Assembly: GCA_050292425.1 (NCBI GenBank)
Contig: JBNKLP010000004.1
Coordinates: 1,239-65,238, forward strand
From: Candidatus Nanoarchaeia archaeon
Lineage (GTDB): Archaea; Nanobdellota; Nanobdellia; Woesearchaeales; UBA583
Direction of reading: 5' to 3'
DNA length: 64,000 bases
The position numbers and the translations under genes were made by a program. The first letter of the stretch is position 1. Every line of letters starts with the position of its first letter. The notes below the pieces were generated by a model. The model worked only from the letters and a program-made list of their open reading frames with translations. It was not told the origin of the DNA and ran no database searches. Below, in pieces: positions 9,110-19,157 of this stretch.

Positions 9110-10066
9110 ATGAGTAATAGTCTGCAGCAAAAAGCATTGAATTTAATTGAAGAAGCTTTGCAAAATCATGAATTCTTGAAGAAAAATGAAGATTTTTTCG
9201 AGATTTTTGAGGTGATAAAAACTTTTAGCAATTACAAAAAAATAGATGAAGCTAGAAACTTGCTTAATTTTGCTATAATGTTTCAAAACTCATCTGGTGA
9301 GTTTGAGTTTAAACTTAAAAATCTTTATGCAATTGTTAGTCCTGTTTTTTTCCTTAGCAGTGTTAGTGTTTTTTTAGCTAATTTAGAAGATAAAAATGAA
9401 GTAAAGAGCTTTGTAAAACCAATTAAAAGAGCCATAAAGAGTATGAAAAAGAGTTTTAATGAGGATTATCTGCTTTTTGAGGAAGCAGGCACTTTTTACA
9501 TAAAAGAAAATGCAATTTTTCTAAGTTTTGCTGATGAGCTTTCAGATGTTTTAAATTCTTTTGAATATACAAGTGAAGCTGATGAGATTTTTATGATGAA
9601 AGGAAAGGCAGAACTTGGAATGCAAAGATATTTCTTTCAAAAAGAAAGAGGTGTTTTAGTTAAGAGTTTTAATCCTGAGTTGAGAAACTATGAAGTTTGC
9701 AATAGTGAGGATTTATGCAAAATACTTAGATTTATTGATGTTGAGGAAACATTTGAAAAGAAATTCTTAAAGGATTTGAAGAATGATTTTGAGATTGGAA
9801 GCAATGTTGAGAAGGTTTTGGAATTCTTATTGTATCTAAAAGTAAACAAAGATAAGTCAACAACTAAGATATATGGTTTGATTGAGAAGTTTATAGTCTA
9901 TTTTCCAGCAGAAGTAGTTAAAGTTGAAGATTATGACATATCTGTAGAAAAGTCCTTGTTTTTTGGCTTTGAGGAGAATTCAAAGGAACTGAAGAAGTCA
10001 AAGATGATGCTTGTTGGGGTGAATAATTTGAAGGTTGCAAGGTTGGTTTTGGATTATTTGTTATGA
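9110..10066 (+). CDS. hypothetical protein (318 aa)
   Basis: Long ORF with a TATA box upstream. Its stop overlaps the nth start by 4 nt. Confidence 0.55.
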   Translation: MSNSLQQKALNLIEEALQNHEFLKKNEDFFEIFEVIKTFSNYKKIDEARNLLNFAIMFQNSSGEFEFKLKNLYAIVSPVFFLSSVSVFLANLEDKNEVKSFVKPIKRAIKSMKKSFNEDYLLFEEAGTFYIKENAIFLSFADELSDVLNSFEYTSEADEIFMMKGKAELGMQRYFFQKERGVLVKSFNPELRNYEVCNSEDLCKILRFIDVEETFEKKFLKDLKNDFEIGSNVEKVLEFLLYLKVNKDKSTTKIYGLIEKFIVYFPAEVVKVEDYDISVEKSLFFGFEENSKELKKSKMMLVGVNNLKVARLVLDYLL

Positions 10067-10719
10067 TGGATTTTGAAATAGATAAAGTAATTGAAATTCT
10101 CGAAGAAGAGTCAAAAAAATGGAATGTTCCTGTAGTTACTTTGATTGCAATCCAGGAAAAGGATCCATTCAAGGTTTTGATATCTACTATTATTTCTCTT
10201 AGAACAAAAGATGAAGTGACAATTGAGGCTTCAAAGAGACTGTATGATTTTTTGAAACATCCAAGAGATATTTATAATATTGAAGTTGAAAGGATAGAAA
10301 AAGCAATTTATCCTTGTGGTTTTTACAAAAGAAAAGCAATACAAATTAAGAATATTTGTGAGAGATTGGTTGAAGAGTTTAACAGCAGGGTTCCTGATGA
10401 TATTGATACTTTATTAATATTTGAAGGAGTAGGAAGAAAGACTGCTAATTTGGTGCTTTCAGAAGGGTATGGGATTCCTGCTATCTGTGTTGATATTCAT
10501 GTGCATAGGATTTCAAACAGATTTGGATATATTAAAACTAAAAATCCTGAAGAAACAGAGTTTGCTTTGAGAGGCAAACTACCAAAGAAATACTGGATAA
10601 GATACAATTCATTATTGGTAGCATTTGGACAGAGTATCTGCAGACCAGTTAGTCCATATTGTTCCAAGTGTCCTGTATTAAAATATTGCAAACGAGTTGA
10701 TGTTGATAAAAGCAGATAG
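10063..10719 (+). CDS. nth: endonuclease III (DNA-(apurinic/apyrimidinic site) lyase)
   Basis: HhH-GPD pattern (LISTIISLRTKD, GVGRKTANLVL, DIHVHRISNRFG) plus the C-terminal 4Fe-4S motif CRPVSPYCSKCPVLKYC. Confidence 0.9.
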   Translation: MMDFEIDKVIEILEEESKKWNVPVVTLIAIQEKDPFKVLISTIISLRTKDEVTIEASKRLYDFLKHPRDIYNIEVERIEKAIYPCGFYKRKAIQIKNICERLVEEFNSRVPDDIDTLLIFEGVGRKTANLVLSEGYGIPAICVDIHVHRISNRFGYIKTKNPEETEFALRGKLPKKYWIRYNSLLVAFGQSICRPVSPYCSKCPVLKYCKRVDVDKSR

Positions 10720-10720
10720 T

Positions 10721-11254
10721 TTATCCAGTTACAAATCCAATATCCACCCAATCACCTTTTGATTCCACTTTTATCTGTTTTGTTCCAGCAGTGAAATCTG
10801 AAGAGTTAAAGTATGATGACCAGTTTCCATTTAAGTTTGTTGTATGATAACATTTTGTGCAATTAAATCTCATATAGATTTCATTGGTTTCAAATATCAT
10901 TGAAGAATATGTATTAATTGTTCTTGAATTTTCTGGATAATAACTAATGTTCAAAAAATCATATTGAATGTAACCAATACCTGAGGGATTAGAGACATTT
11001 TTGTGAACTATTGTGAAATTTTCAATACCTTCAGGAAATGATGCTTTCATAGTCAGTTTGTTTCCAGATCCCAAGTAATATACTTGTTCAATGTTTGAAG
11101 TTAGATCATCTCCTATTTTATTCATTTGCTTTAAATCAAGAGATTTTTTAGCACCATTAGAATATGTTAAGAATATACCTCCAAGTACAACAATTATGAC
11201 AAATCCAATCCCAAATATTGTTAGAAATTCTAGAGAGGATTGAGATCTTTTCAT
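10721..11254 (-). CDS. type IV pilin-like protein (class III signal peptide)
   Basis: MKRSQSSLEFLTIFGIGFVIIVVLGGIF is a short basic leader, then QSSLEF, then a hydrophobic helix. It is the last gene of the pilus operon. Confidence 0.65.
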   Translation of the reverse strand: MKRSQSSLEFLTIFGIGFVIIVVLGGIFLTYSNGAKKSLDLKQMNKIGDDLTSNIEQVYYLGSGNKLTMKASFPEGIENFTIVHKNVSNPSGIGYIQYDFLNISYYPENSRTINTYSSMIFETNEIYMRFNCTKCYHTTNLNGNWSSYFNSSDFTAGTKQIKVESKGDWVDIGFVTG

Positions 11255-11283
11255 TTGATTTAAAAAAAGTTTAAATATTAGAT

Positions 11284-11946
11284 TTATTGAGTAATTGATA
11301 ATCTAATAGGACCACTGCTTACAATGTCCAGACCTGTTTTAGGGTTGTTAACTGAAATTGCAATAGTTCCTTCCAATACATCACTAAGTAGTAAGTTTCC
11401 AGCAGTAGGACCAACTCCTCCAACTGCAGTAGGACCTAATGCAGGAGCTGCTGCAGAAGAATCACAAATAAATGTTATTACTCCTGTTTGACCATTTAAG
11501 AATGGAACTGGTGTTGAACCTAAAGCAGCTGTTGCAGCTGCAGCATCACAGTCAGCTGCAAGATTGTTGTTACAACCAGCACTTCCACCAGTATCTCTGT
11601 TTTCAATACCATATGATAAACAAGTGTTTCCAAGGGAATTTGTAATAGTTCCTGAGTTATAAGCAATAGTAGCTTGTTTGGCTCCTACGTATGAAAAAAC
11701 TACTTTAACTTCATTCATGTTTGCAGCATTTGTTGCTTCGTTTGAATAAGCTACAGAAGATCCAGCATCTCCTCTTAAATTGTTTCCCAAATCCATTTTA
11801 TTTGGAAGTAGTGATCCGAAATCCACGAAACTGAATATCAAAGCTCCAACGATTAACACCACTAGAAGCATCCAACCATATGTCATTAAGAACTCTATGG
11901 CAGCCTGTCCTTGTTTTTTGTTTTTAAAAACCATAAGAATTTTCAA
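11284..11946 (-). CDS. archaeal type IV pilin (class III signal peptide), Ala/Gly/Cys-rich
   Basis: KNKKQGQAAIEFLMTYGWMLLVVLIVGALIF is a canonical archaeal prepilin N-terminus. The start may be the ATG at 11934. Confidence 0.75.
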   Translation of the reverse strand: MKILMVFKNKKQGQAAIEFLMTYGWMLLVVLIVGALIFSFVDFGSLLPNKMDLGNNLRGDAGSSVAYSNEATNAANMNEVKVVFSYVGAKQATIAYNSGTITNSLGNTCLSYGIENRDTGGSAGCNNNLAADCDAAAATAALGSTPVPFLNGQTGVITFICDSSAAAPALGPTAVGGVGPTAGNLLLSDVLEGTIAISVNNPKTGLDIVSSGPIRLSITQ

Positions 11947-12007
11947 ATTAATTTTACTTATATAGATTTTTCATCTCTGTAGAGTAACTTCTTTCAAAGA
12001 GTTGGTT

Positions 12008-13060
12008 TTATTGAATGATTCCAGAGAAGAATCCAAGCAGAACAGCGGACATTCCCTTGTAAATTAATATTGAGATAATTATGTAAATAGGTACGTATTT
12101 TACTGCTTCATAAGTTTTTTCATTTTTAAGCTGTGAGGTAATAAGAGATGAAAATAAAGTAATCAAGGCAATCATTGCATATGAAAATGTTATAAGGTAA
12201 GAATAAAATTCATCAGGAATTGCTGATACACTTAGAAATTCATTGTCTTGCTCAGATAAAAGACCAAATAGATCTCCTATGAAAGTCAACAAAGTTATTG
12301 CAAGGGCAAACAGTACAGGTGCTACAACAAGAGTAATTGATGTAATTACTACTGCAAATCCTCCTGAATTGCTTTTGATTTCCTCTTCAAGGGCATATAC
12401 TCTTTTCAGATTTTCAGAAATTCTCTCAAGTGGAGCAGCAAGATTTCCTCCTCCTTTTATTCCTTCAAGTATCAAAAAGAAGGTTCTTGAGATTACAGGA
12501 GAGTCAAATCTTTCACTGAACTGTTTTAGAGCATCTTCTACACTTAGTCCCATCATGATTTTTTCATTTATCAGAGTTACTTCTCTAAGAAGTGCTTTTT
12601 GTTCAATTCTTACTGATTTTAGAAGTGCCTTTTCCAAAGAGATTCCTCCTTTGATGTTGGATACAAGGTTATCAATGAATTCTGGAAGGTCTTTTTCAAT
12701 TTCAGTTTCTGCCTTTTTGAATCTTGAGTCCTTGTAAAAAAAATATCCCAAGAGAGTGCCATAATACATTAGGAGGTTTAAGAGAAACCAGAATACAAAT
12801 AAAACAACAAATTTTCCTATGGCATCATTCATATATGGCTCGATTGTGAAATAAATTTTTGGATACAGAAAGATGAATGCCAGTATGGTCAATAGTATTG
12901 AGAGGAAAAAACTGTTTGTAACAACAGTGTAGTTCAGATTGTTGAAGTATAGTTTTTGATAAAGCTCTTCAAGTTTTCTTTTGAAGTCAAGCTTGTATAT
13001 TTTTTCTGGAATAAGCTTTTTTCCAAGTTCATATTTGTCTATTTTTCTTACTGCTGCCAT
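12008..13060 (-). CDS. TadB/TadC-like pilus platform membrane protein (T2SS-F domain)
   Basis: LPEFIDNLVSNIKGGISLEKALLKSV...FDSPVISRTFFLILEGIKGGGNLAAPLERISENL is T2SSF-domain like and flanked by TM helices. Start chosen at the internal ATG 13060 (MAAVRK), which abuts the upstream stop. Confidence 0.7.
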   Translation of the reverse strand: MAAVRKIDKYELGKKLIPEKIYKLDFKRKLEELYQKLYFNNLNYTVVTNSFFLSILLTILAFIFLYPKIYFTIEPYMNDAIGKFVVLFVFWFLLNLLMYYGTLLGYFFYKDSRFKKAETEIEKDLPEFIDNLVSNIKGGISLEKALLKSVRIEQKALLREVTLINEKIMMGLSVEDALKQFSERFDSPVISRTFFLILEGIKGGGNLAAPLERISENLKRVYALEEEIKSNSGGFAVVITSITLVVAPVLFALAITLLTFIGDLFGLLSEQDNEFLSVSAIPDEFYSYLITFSYAMIALITLFSSLITSQLKNEKTYEAVKYVPIYIIISILIYKGMSAVLLGFFSGIIQ

Positions 13061-13061
13061 T

Positions 13062-13880
13062 TTAAATTGTTGATTTACTGAATTTGAATGAGGAGTATGA
13101 CATGTATTGGAATGCAAACATTATCAAGAACACAATCATAAGCATGTATTTTAAGAGTTGAGGTGTCACGTTCATAAGAGTTGCTCCAAGTATGAAGAAT
13201 GTAAGACCCAAGGAAGGAAGTACGATTCCAACAAGAAGATACATCATGATAATAGGGTTTAATTTTTTGGAATATCCTCTGATTTCAATGATTTTTTTCT
13301 CTGAGGCTTCTTTGATGAAGTTTTCAAGAACTGATTTCAAATCAACTCCTATGCTAAGAGAATCTTTTAGTCTTTTAAGCAGGTTTTTTACCATATCTGA
13401 TGGTGCGTATGCTGCAGCCTCACCAATTGCTGCTTCAAGGTCTTTTCCCGTTTTGAATTCAGTAAATACTTTTTTGAAGAATTTTCCTCCAGGTCTGTTA
13501 AGTTTACTGATTCCTTGGATTGCATTTCCCAGTGGGAGTCCAGATTCAAGACTTACGAGGAAATATTCAGATACGAAAAGCAAATCTCCTTCAAGGCTTC
13601 TTGCATATTTTCTTATCTGAACATCAACATATGAGAACCAGAATTTGAATAGGGGAAAACTTAGGATTAAGATGCAAAATGTTCCTATGAGCAAATATAG
13701 TGGATGACTTTTGAAAACTAAGAACATTATGATGAAAATGCCTATTGTTGACATGACTGTCATCATGAATGATTGGTATACATATTGAAATGGAGTTTGC
13801 TTTGAGCCTGCTTGCCTGAGTTTAGTTTTTATTTCTGGATTATTTTTTACTATTCCTCTTATAAAATTAGTAAAAGCCAT
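13062..13880 (-). CDS. TadB/TadC-like pilus platform membrane protein (T2SS-F domain)
   Basis: LEGDLLFVSEYFLVSLESGLPLGNAIQGISK...VKNLLKRLKDSLSIGVDLKSVLENF with flanking TM helices. Located 1 nt after the ATPase stop. Confidence 0.7.
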   Translation of the reverse strand: MAFTNFIRGIVKNNPEIKTKLRQAGSKQTPFQYVYQSFMMTVMSTIGIFIIMFLVFKSHPLYLLIGTFCILILSFPLFKFWFSYVDVQIRKYARSLEGDLLFVSEYFLVSLESGLPLGNAIQGISKLNRPGGKFFKKVFTEFKTGKDLEAAIGEAAAYAPSDMVKNLLKRLKDSLSIGVDLKSVLENFIKEASEKKIIEIRGYSKKLNPIIMMYLLVGIVLPSLGLTFFILGATLMNVTPQLLKYMLMIVFLIMFAFQYMSYSSFKFSKSTI

Positions 13881-13881
13881 G

Positions 13882-15366
13882 TTACTCTTCCTGCTCTTCT
13901 TTTAGCAAATCAAATTTGCCTTTGATGAGTCTGAAGAGTTCAACTTTGTTGTCATAAAATTTGTTAATCACTTCTCCAACTCTGTCAATCTGGTTTATTT
14001 TGAATCTTGCGAGGTATTCTAAAACGACAGCTCTTTCTTTTAACATTTCATAGAATTGCTTTTCATCAATTCCATTGAATTCTTCAAGTTTTTTAATTAA
14101 ATTCATAGGTTTGTTTTTGAAGAAGTGTTTTTTTGTTTTTGGATTGAATTGAAGTACAACATTTTCATTTCCATCATCTTTCATTTCAGCAACCTGAAGT
14201 GTTACTCTTTGTCCTGATCTTCTGTCTCTATGCTCAACTACAATTAGCCCAAGAGCATTAAGAGAAATTTTAGGAATTTCGATTGGTGCTGAGGAAAGTC
14301 TTAAAATTGTTTCTTGGGCAGTGTTTGCGTGGAATGTTCCATATACACTATGACCTGTTCTCATTGCCTCAAATAAAACTTCTGCTTCTTCTTTTTTTCT
14401 GATCTCTCCAATGATAATTCTATCTGGTCTCATTCTCAGAGAGTTTACAATTAAGTCAAGCATAGAGATTCCACCTTTTCCTTCCTGATTTGCCTGCCTT
14501 GCTTCCATTGGAACCCAGTGAGAATATTCTGGCAGTCTGATTTCTCTTGTATCCTCAACAGAGATTATTCTTTGGTTTGCTGGAATGAATGTACTTATTG
14601 CATTTAAAAAAGATGTTTTTCCTGAACCTGTTCCTCCAGCAACAATTATTGAGAGCTCATTTTCCATAGCAATCCAGATAAGAGCAAGAGCAATTGAGGA
14701 TGAAGTTTTTGAATTTATCAAATCAGAAACAGTCCATGGTTTGTCAGAGAAACGTCTGATTGTCATTGTTGATCCTTTTGTTGAAATAGGATTTAGTGTT
14801 GCGTTAACTCTGTGTCCCCCTCTTAGGTGTGCATCTAAAAGAGGATTAAGATTTGAGAAGAATTTCTTGTTTTCAAGAGCCACTCTTGATGCAACATTTT
14901 TGATTTCCTCTTCACTTAGAAATTTTAGATTTGTTTTAAGCCAGCCAAATTTTCTGTGATATATCATGATTTCTGCTTCAGCTCCATTTATTGTGATTTC
15001 CTCTATGTTTGAATCTGAAATAAGAATATCAACAAAACCAAGATCAAGACTTTTCTGGACAATGAATGTAACCATTCTGTCCTTGGTTTCAGTGTCAAGC
15101 ATTGGAAGATAAAATTTAAGTAACTCTTCAACTTTTTTTATGTATGCTTTTTTCAGATTTTCATAACTGAAGTTTTCATCGGCATTTTCAAAGATACCTT
15201 CCCTTAGAAGATCTTCTTTAATTTTTTCGATAATATATGAGGTGTATTCTCCAATTTCAACAATCCCAACTTCATATGTTTTTACAAAGTCCTTTTCATT
15301 TGAATAAATTAGAATTGGAATGTCTGTGTTTTCAAATTTCAAGGAGTATCTATCAACAATTTCCAT
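13882..15366 (-). CDS. type II/IV secretion-family ATPase (FlaI/PilB/VirB11-like) of the pilus system
   Basis: Walker A VAGGTGSGKTSFLNA, then SVEDTREI, RMRPDRIIIGEIR and GHSVYGTFHA, the hexameric secretion-NTPase motifs. Confidence 0.9.
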   Translation of the reverse strand: MEIVDRYSLKFENTDIPILIYSNEKDFVKTYEVGIVEIGEYTSYIIEKIKEDLLREGIFENADENFSYENLKKAYIKKVEELLKFYLPMLDTETKDRMVTFIVQKSLDLGFVDILISDSNIEEITINGAEAEIMIYHRKFGWLKTNLKFLSEEEIKNVASRVALENKKFFSNLNPLLDAHLRGGHRVNATLNPISTKGSTMTIRRFSDKPWTVSDLINSKTSSSIALALIWIAMENELSIIVAGGTGSGKTSFLNAISTFIPANQRIISVEDTREIRLPEYSHWVPMEARQANQEGKGGISMLDLIVNSLRMRPDRIIIGEIRKKEEAEVLFEAMRTGHSVYGTFHANTAQETILRLSSAPIEIPKISLNALGLIVVEHRDRRSGQRVTLQVAEMKDDGNENVVLQFNPKTKKHFFKNKPMNLIKKLEEFNGIDEKQFYEMLKERAVVLEYLARFKINQIDRVGEVINKFYDNKVELFRLIKGKFDLLKEEQEE

Positions 15367-15407
15367 TTTCTTAGCATTCCTCTTCTATTTTGTCTTTTGA
15401 AATCATT

Positions 15408-16847
15408 TTAGGCAAGCTTTTTTGAGTGAAGTGTTTTGTTTACTGTGTTTTTTAGTATTGTTTTCTTTTCCTTGTCAACTGGCAAAGTGTCAATGTAAAA
15501 GAAGATTTTTTTGTAGAGTGTTTTTAATTCTGCAGGATTATTGCTTTGTTTCATTTTTTCAAATAGCATGTTAATCTCATCAATCAGTTTCTTGTTTGTG
15601 TTTTTACCTTGAGGGATATCTTCAACTTTTACTTGAGGTTCATTTGGTGTTTGAGAGGGTTGTGTTTCTTCTTTGTGATAATTAGGCAATCTTAGAGTTT
15701 GTATTTCTTTTTCAATGTCTCTTTTTTCCATAGAATATTTTTGAGGTATAAGTTCAAGTTTTGATCTGATTTCCTCAAGGTTTGTTTCGTTTATTTTTCC
15801 TCCTTCTTTTATGTGTCTAATGTAGTCTTTTGCCTCTTCAATTATTTTTGAGGAGTTGTAGCTCTCAAGAAAAGTGGAGACGGAATTTTTTACAATGAGA
15901 GAATTTATTGAGGCGTAAAGTTCATTTATCTTTTCATATTCAGAAATTTTTAGTTCAAGGAGTACATTGGGAAGTTTTTCAAATTGGTATATTATTTCAT
16001 CATATGTCAAAATTACATTATCAAGATCATTTTTGAGGTAGTATGAATGAAATTTCTCTGTAAGCTGAGAGATTATCTGTTTTCTTGATTCAAATTCTAC
16101 TTTGTATTCCTGAGTCAAGTATTGCTGGGCTTTGATCAAAAGAGAAGATATTTTGATTTTTTCTTCAGTCAAGTCACTTAAGAATACTTTTGGCGTTTTG
16201 GCGATTATTGAGTGCAATTCTTCTATGTTTGATTCAATTTCTTCTATGTTTGAAGGGGTCATGCTTTTTGCCAGATCTGCTGCTTTTTGCTTTAGCGTTG
16301 TTCTTATCTGAACAAGTTGAGTTTTTTTGAAATCCTGCAAAAATTCATTGATCTTTATTTCCCTTGATTTTATCTGTTCGTAGATCTGGGATTTTGAGAC
16401 TAATATTTCTTTTGGAAACATTGAATATTTTTGAAGGATGCTATCAAAAAGCTGGATTGTTTTTCCAAACTGCATTGCTTGCATAGCACTGTCAAGCTGA
16501 TTTAATTCCTGAGTAATTTGTGTGGTTAGTATTTCTCCATTTTTTTTTACTTTAACTAAAAATTCTTTTGAATATTTGCTTCCCAGGTTTTTTAGGGCAA
16601 GATCTCCTTTTCCTTCTATTCCCAAAAACTTGTTTGGCAAATCTTCATCAAAACCTTTTATTTCATCGTAAACTTTTTTCAGGAATTGAAAATCCTTGCT
16701 TAGTCCTTGTTTTTCATAATCTTGAAGTTTTTCTTCAACGTCTTTTTGGAAACTCAAGTCTATTTTTTCTTCAACTTTCTTCTTTTTCTTTTTATGTTCT
16801 GGTTCGTCCGTGTACTTGCTTAAGAAAGAGTCTATGTCAATGCTCAT
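15408..16847 (-). CDS. Lys/Glu-rich coiled-coil protein (479 aa), pilus-operon associated
   Basis: Long ORF co-directional with and adjacent to the ATPase gene. Heptad-like low-complexity sequence with a poly-K tract (HKKKKKKVEEK). No family recognised. Confidence 0.55.
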   Translation of the reverse strand: MSIDIDSFLSKYTDEPEHKKKKKKVEEKIDLSFQKDVEEKLQDYEKQGLSKDFQFLKKVYDEIKGFDEDLPNKFLGIEGKGDLALKNLGSKYSKEFLVKVKKNGEILTTQITQELNQLDSAMQAMQFGKTIQLFDSILQKYSMFPKEILVSKSQIYEQIKSREIKINEFLQDFKKTQLVQIRTTLKQKAADLAKSMTPSNIEEIESNIEELHSIIAKTPKVFLSDLTEEKIKISSLLIKAQQYLTQEYKVEFESRKQIISQLTEKFHSYYLKNDLDNVILTYDEIIYQFEKLPNVLLELKISEYEKINELYASINSLIVKNSVSTFLESYNSSKIIEEAKDYIRHIKEGGKINETNLEEIRSKLELIPQKYSMEKRDIEKEIQTLRLPNYHKEETQPSQTPNEPQVKVEDIPQGKNTNKKLIDEINMLFEKMKQSNNPAELKTLYKKIFFYIDTLPVDKEKKTILKNTVNKTLHSKKLA

Positions 16848-16848
16848 T

Positions 16849-17295
16849 TTAGAATGCCTCCAATTCCTTTTTGTATTTTAACCATGCTTTTTCGATTCTG
16901 AGTTCTTCATATCCTTGAGTTTTTGCCCTTTCTTCAAATAGTAGTTTGATATCGGTTTCATATTCTGATATGAATTTTGGCCAAAGAGTTCTCATCTTCT
17001 CATAAGAGATGTCTTTTTCTTTCGATTTTTCAATGAATGTATCCTTTAAATTTTCAATGTCAAGTTGGTTTTTGCTTTTGCTTTTGTCTTTTTTTTCTAC
17101 AAATGTAACATATCCTTCAAACCCAGAATATTGCAGTTTAACAATTTTAAATTCTTCCAAAATTATGAGCCATTTTTCAATTAATTCTTGTGGCAATTTC
17201 AACTCCCTTTTTATCTGACTTAAGGAAACTTTCTTTTTTTCCTTGATAATGTCCATTAGATTGTCAACGGGAGTGGTTAGAATTTTATTTTGCAT
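16849..17295 (-). CDS. small protein with N-terminal wHTH-like segment (148 aa), pilus-operon associated
   Basis: 1-nt gap to the next gene. TPVDNLMDIIKEKKKVSLSQIKRELKLPQELIEKWLIILEEFKIVKL resembles a winged-helix segment; this is a weak call. Confidence 0.5.
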   Translation of the reverse strand: MQNKILTTPVDNLMDIIKEKKKVSLSQIKRELKLPQELIEKWLIILEEFKIVKLQYSGFEGYVTFVEKKDKSKSKNQLDIENLKDTFIEKSKEKDISYEKMRTLWPKFISEYETDIKLLFEERAKTQGYEELRIEKAWLKYKKELEAF

Positions 17296-17352
17296 ACTTT
17301 TTTTTTACAATGGCTCGATTTATTAGTTTATAATTATTTAAAAGTGATGAAT

Positions 17353-19092
17353 TTAGCTTGTTTCGTATTTTCTAATCTTTTCCCTTAAAATCAGGAAAAA
17401 AGCCACATATAAAATCACACTAATTATCAAGTAAATTGATGCAATGTATATGAAGGTTTCAAGTATGGAATTTATTGACTGAATTATTGGTAGGTTGGGA
17501 AGAGTCTGAAGGGCATTTGAAATTACTTGATCTTGTTGCTCAGGAATAAATGAAAGTAGTTTTTCTGGTTGCAGGAAATAAAACAACACCAATGAAAGGA
17601 TGAAAGTTGGGATGTAGGAGATTAGATTGACTTTTGAGATGTAATAGGGGATGTGCGAGATTATTAATTCTCTTTTGAATAATTTGAAGTGGGCATAATA
17701 GGAAGCAAATGAGAGCAGGAACAATATTAGGGAAATCAAAGCATAAAATTTCCATTTAGATCCTAATTCTTCAAAGCTTGTGTTGATTTTTTCAATTGAA
17801 TTGTAATCTTCTATTATTGGAATTAATTCGGGAGGGATTTGAGATTGAACACTTTCATCTGATGTTAGTGTTTGCATCATTACATCGTATTGTGTAACTT
17901 TTATTCCATCACAAACTTCGGGTACTTGTATTTTTTTAGACTCACAATCCTCTCTGATATTTTGAAGTTCTGATGTTCTTTGCGAGATGTCTTGTGAAAA
18001 TATGTCATATGCAATTATGGATTTGTACTCATTAGGAATCATTTCTCCCATTCCGGCGATAGGCACTGTTGTTTTTGGGATGTTATTATTTTCAAATTCG
18101 ACTATTACCAAAGAGAGGAAAATGTTGGCAAAAGTTCTTTTTGTATTTGTTGAAAGAGATTCATCAAGACCAAGATTTGACCAGATAAGATTTATGTCAT
18201 TGTCTGATAGTTGTCCAAGAGTGATTGTTCTTTTTTCTTCGTTTTCGGAAAGTATTAAGTTTATGCTGGCTTGTTCGTTTATTTGGGCATTGTCAAGAAG
18301 CATGTCTGGGTTTTCTTTTATGGTATCTATAATTGTCTGAGGTCCAAGAGCTTCAATTAATAATTTTTCTTCATCATTTAATCCGAGGTTGTCAAGATTA
18401 TTCATTACTTCAGTTTCAATTTGAGAGTTCATGTCAGAGGATATTTCATTAACATATGAAAGAGGTATGCCTGTTTCAAGCATTTGAGGAGTTGTTGAAA
18501 TAAGATTCTCATAAATCTGAGTTACAACCAGTTTTGCAAACTGGATTTTCTGAGGGATATCAAGTTGATTTCCGAAAAATGCCTGTTCAATTTTTTCGAA
18601 ATATTGTGCCTGATTCTGAGTAAGATTTAAGTTATATATTTTCTGAAGTTTTGTTGATGATGCCAAAAGAACAGTTAATTTTTCTCCAGTTTTATCTGGG
18701 AGTTGAGATAAGAGTACATCATCAAGATTGTCTGCAACCATATAATCTATGCTTGGCTGGATTGATTCACTGATTGTCTGTGCATTTGAACCGATTGCAT
18801 AAAATACAAATGCTATTGTTGCGAAAATTACTGCAAATGAAACTAATGAATTGGTTAATGCTTTGAAAGAGTTATCCCAATGTCTTCCTATAAAATAAAT
18901 AATCATTCCTAAAACAAGCAAAAACAAAGGCATTGCAAGACTTAATGAGTTAATAGAACTAAAGTCTGAGTTTATCATGAATTGGGTTATTACGTTCTCT
19001 ATTTGAGTGAAAAGAACATATCCTGCGTACAGTATCAGTATTAATCCTAAAAATATCAATATGCCTCTTGCATAAAAGTCTTTTTTGTCCAT
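17353..19092 (-). CDS. polytopic membrane protein (579 aa), first gene of pilus operon
   Basis: N- and C-terminal clusters of TM helices flank a roughly 300-aa soluble loop. No family recognised. Confidence 0.6.
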   Translation of the reverse strand: MDKKDFYARGILIFLGLILILYAGYVLFTQIENVITQFMINSDFSSINSLSLAMPLFLLVLGMIIYFIGRHWDNSFKALTNSLVSFAVIFATIAFVFYAIGSNAQTISESIQPSIDYMVADNLDDVLLSQLPDKTGEKLTVLLASSTKLQKIYNLNLTQNQAQYFEKIEQAFFGNQLDIPQKIQFAKLVVTQIYENLISTTPQMLETGIPLSYVNEISSDMNSQIETEVMNNLDNLGLNDEEKLLIEALGPQTIIDTIKENPDMLLDNAQINEQASINLILSENEEKRTITLGQLSDNDINLIWSNLGLDESLSTNTKRTFANIFLSLVIVEFENNNIPKTTVPIAGMGEMIPNEYKSIIAYDIFSQDISQRTSELQNIREDCESKKIQVPEVCDGIKVTQYDVMMQTLTSDESVQSQIPPELIPIIEDYNSIEKINTSFEELGSKWKFYALISLILFLLSFASYYAHFKLFKRELIISHIPYYISKVNLISYIPTFILSLVLFYFLQPEKLLSFIPEQQDQVISNALQTLPNLPIIQSINSILETFIYIASIYLIISVILYVAFFLILREKIRKYETS

Positions 19093-19157
19093 TAATTTAT
19101 TTTGAGAATTTTCCTTTTAAAAAATTTAGTTGTGAGTTAAGAGTTTATAATGATAAT

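Noticed and set aside
12243-14959. Plus-strand ORFs 12243-12737, 13192-13620 and 14585-14959 from the ORF track. The same applies to similar antisense ORFs elsewhere (548-1078, 3109-3420, 23726-24370, 27825-28182, 29912-31153, 36132-36506, 38283-38804, 39157-40317, 52616-52994).
   Set aside because: They lie entirely inside longer genes that have clear family motifs on the opposite strand or in another frame. Their composition is skewed and low-complexity (Ser/Phe/Leu-rich). They are shadow ORFs typical of AT-rich DNA.
10721-19092. Archaellum (motility) operon
   Set aside because: There are no ArlC/D/E, ArlF/G or ArlH genes in the cluster. The platform is two single-domain TadC-like proteins rather than one ArlJ. 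A pilus/Tad-like system fits better.
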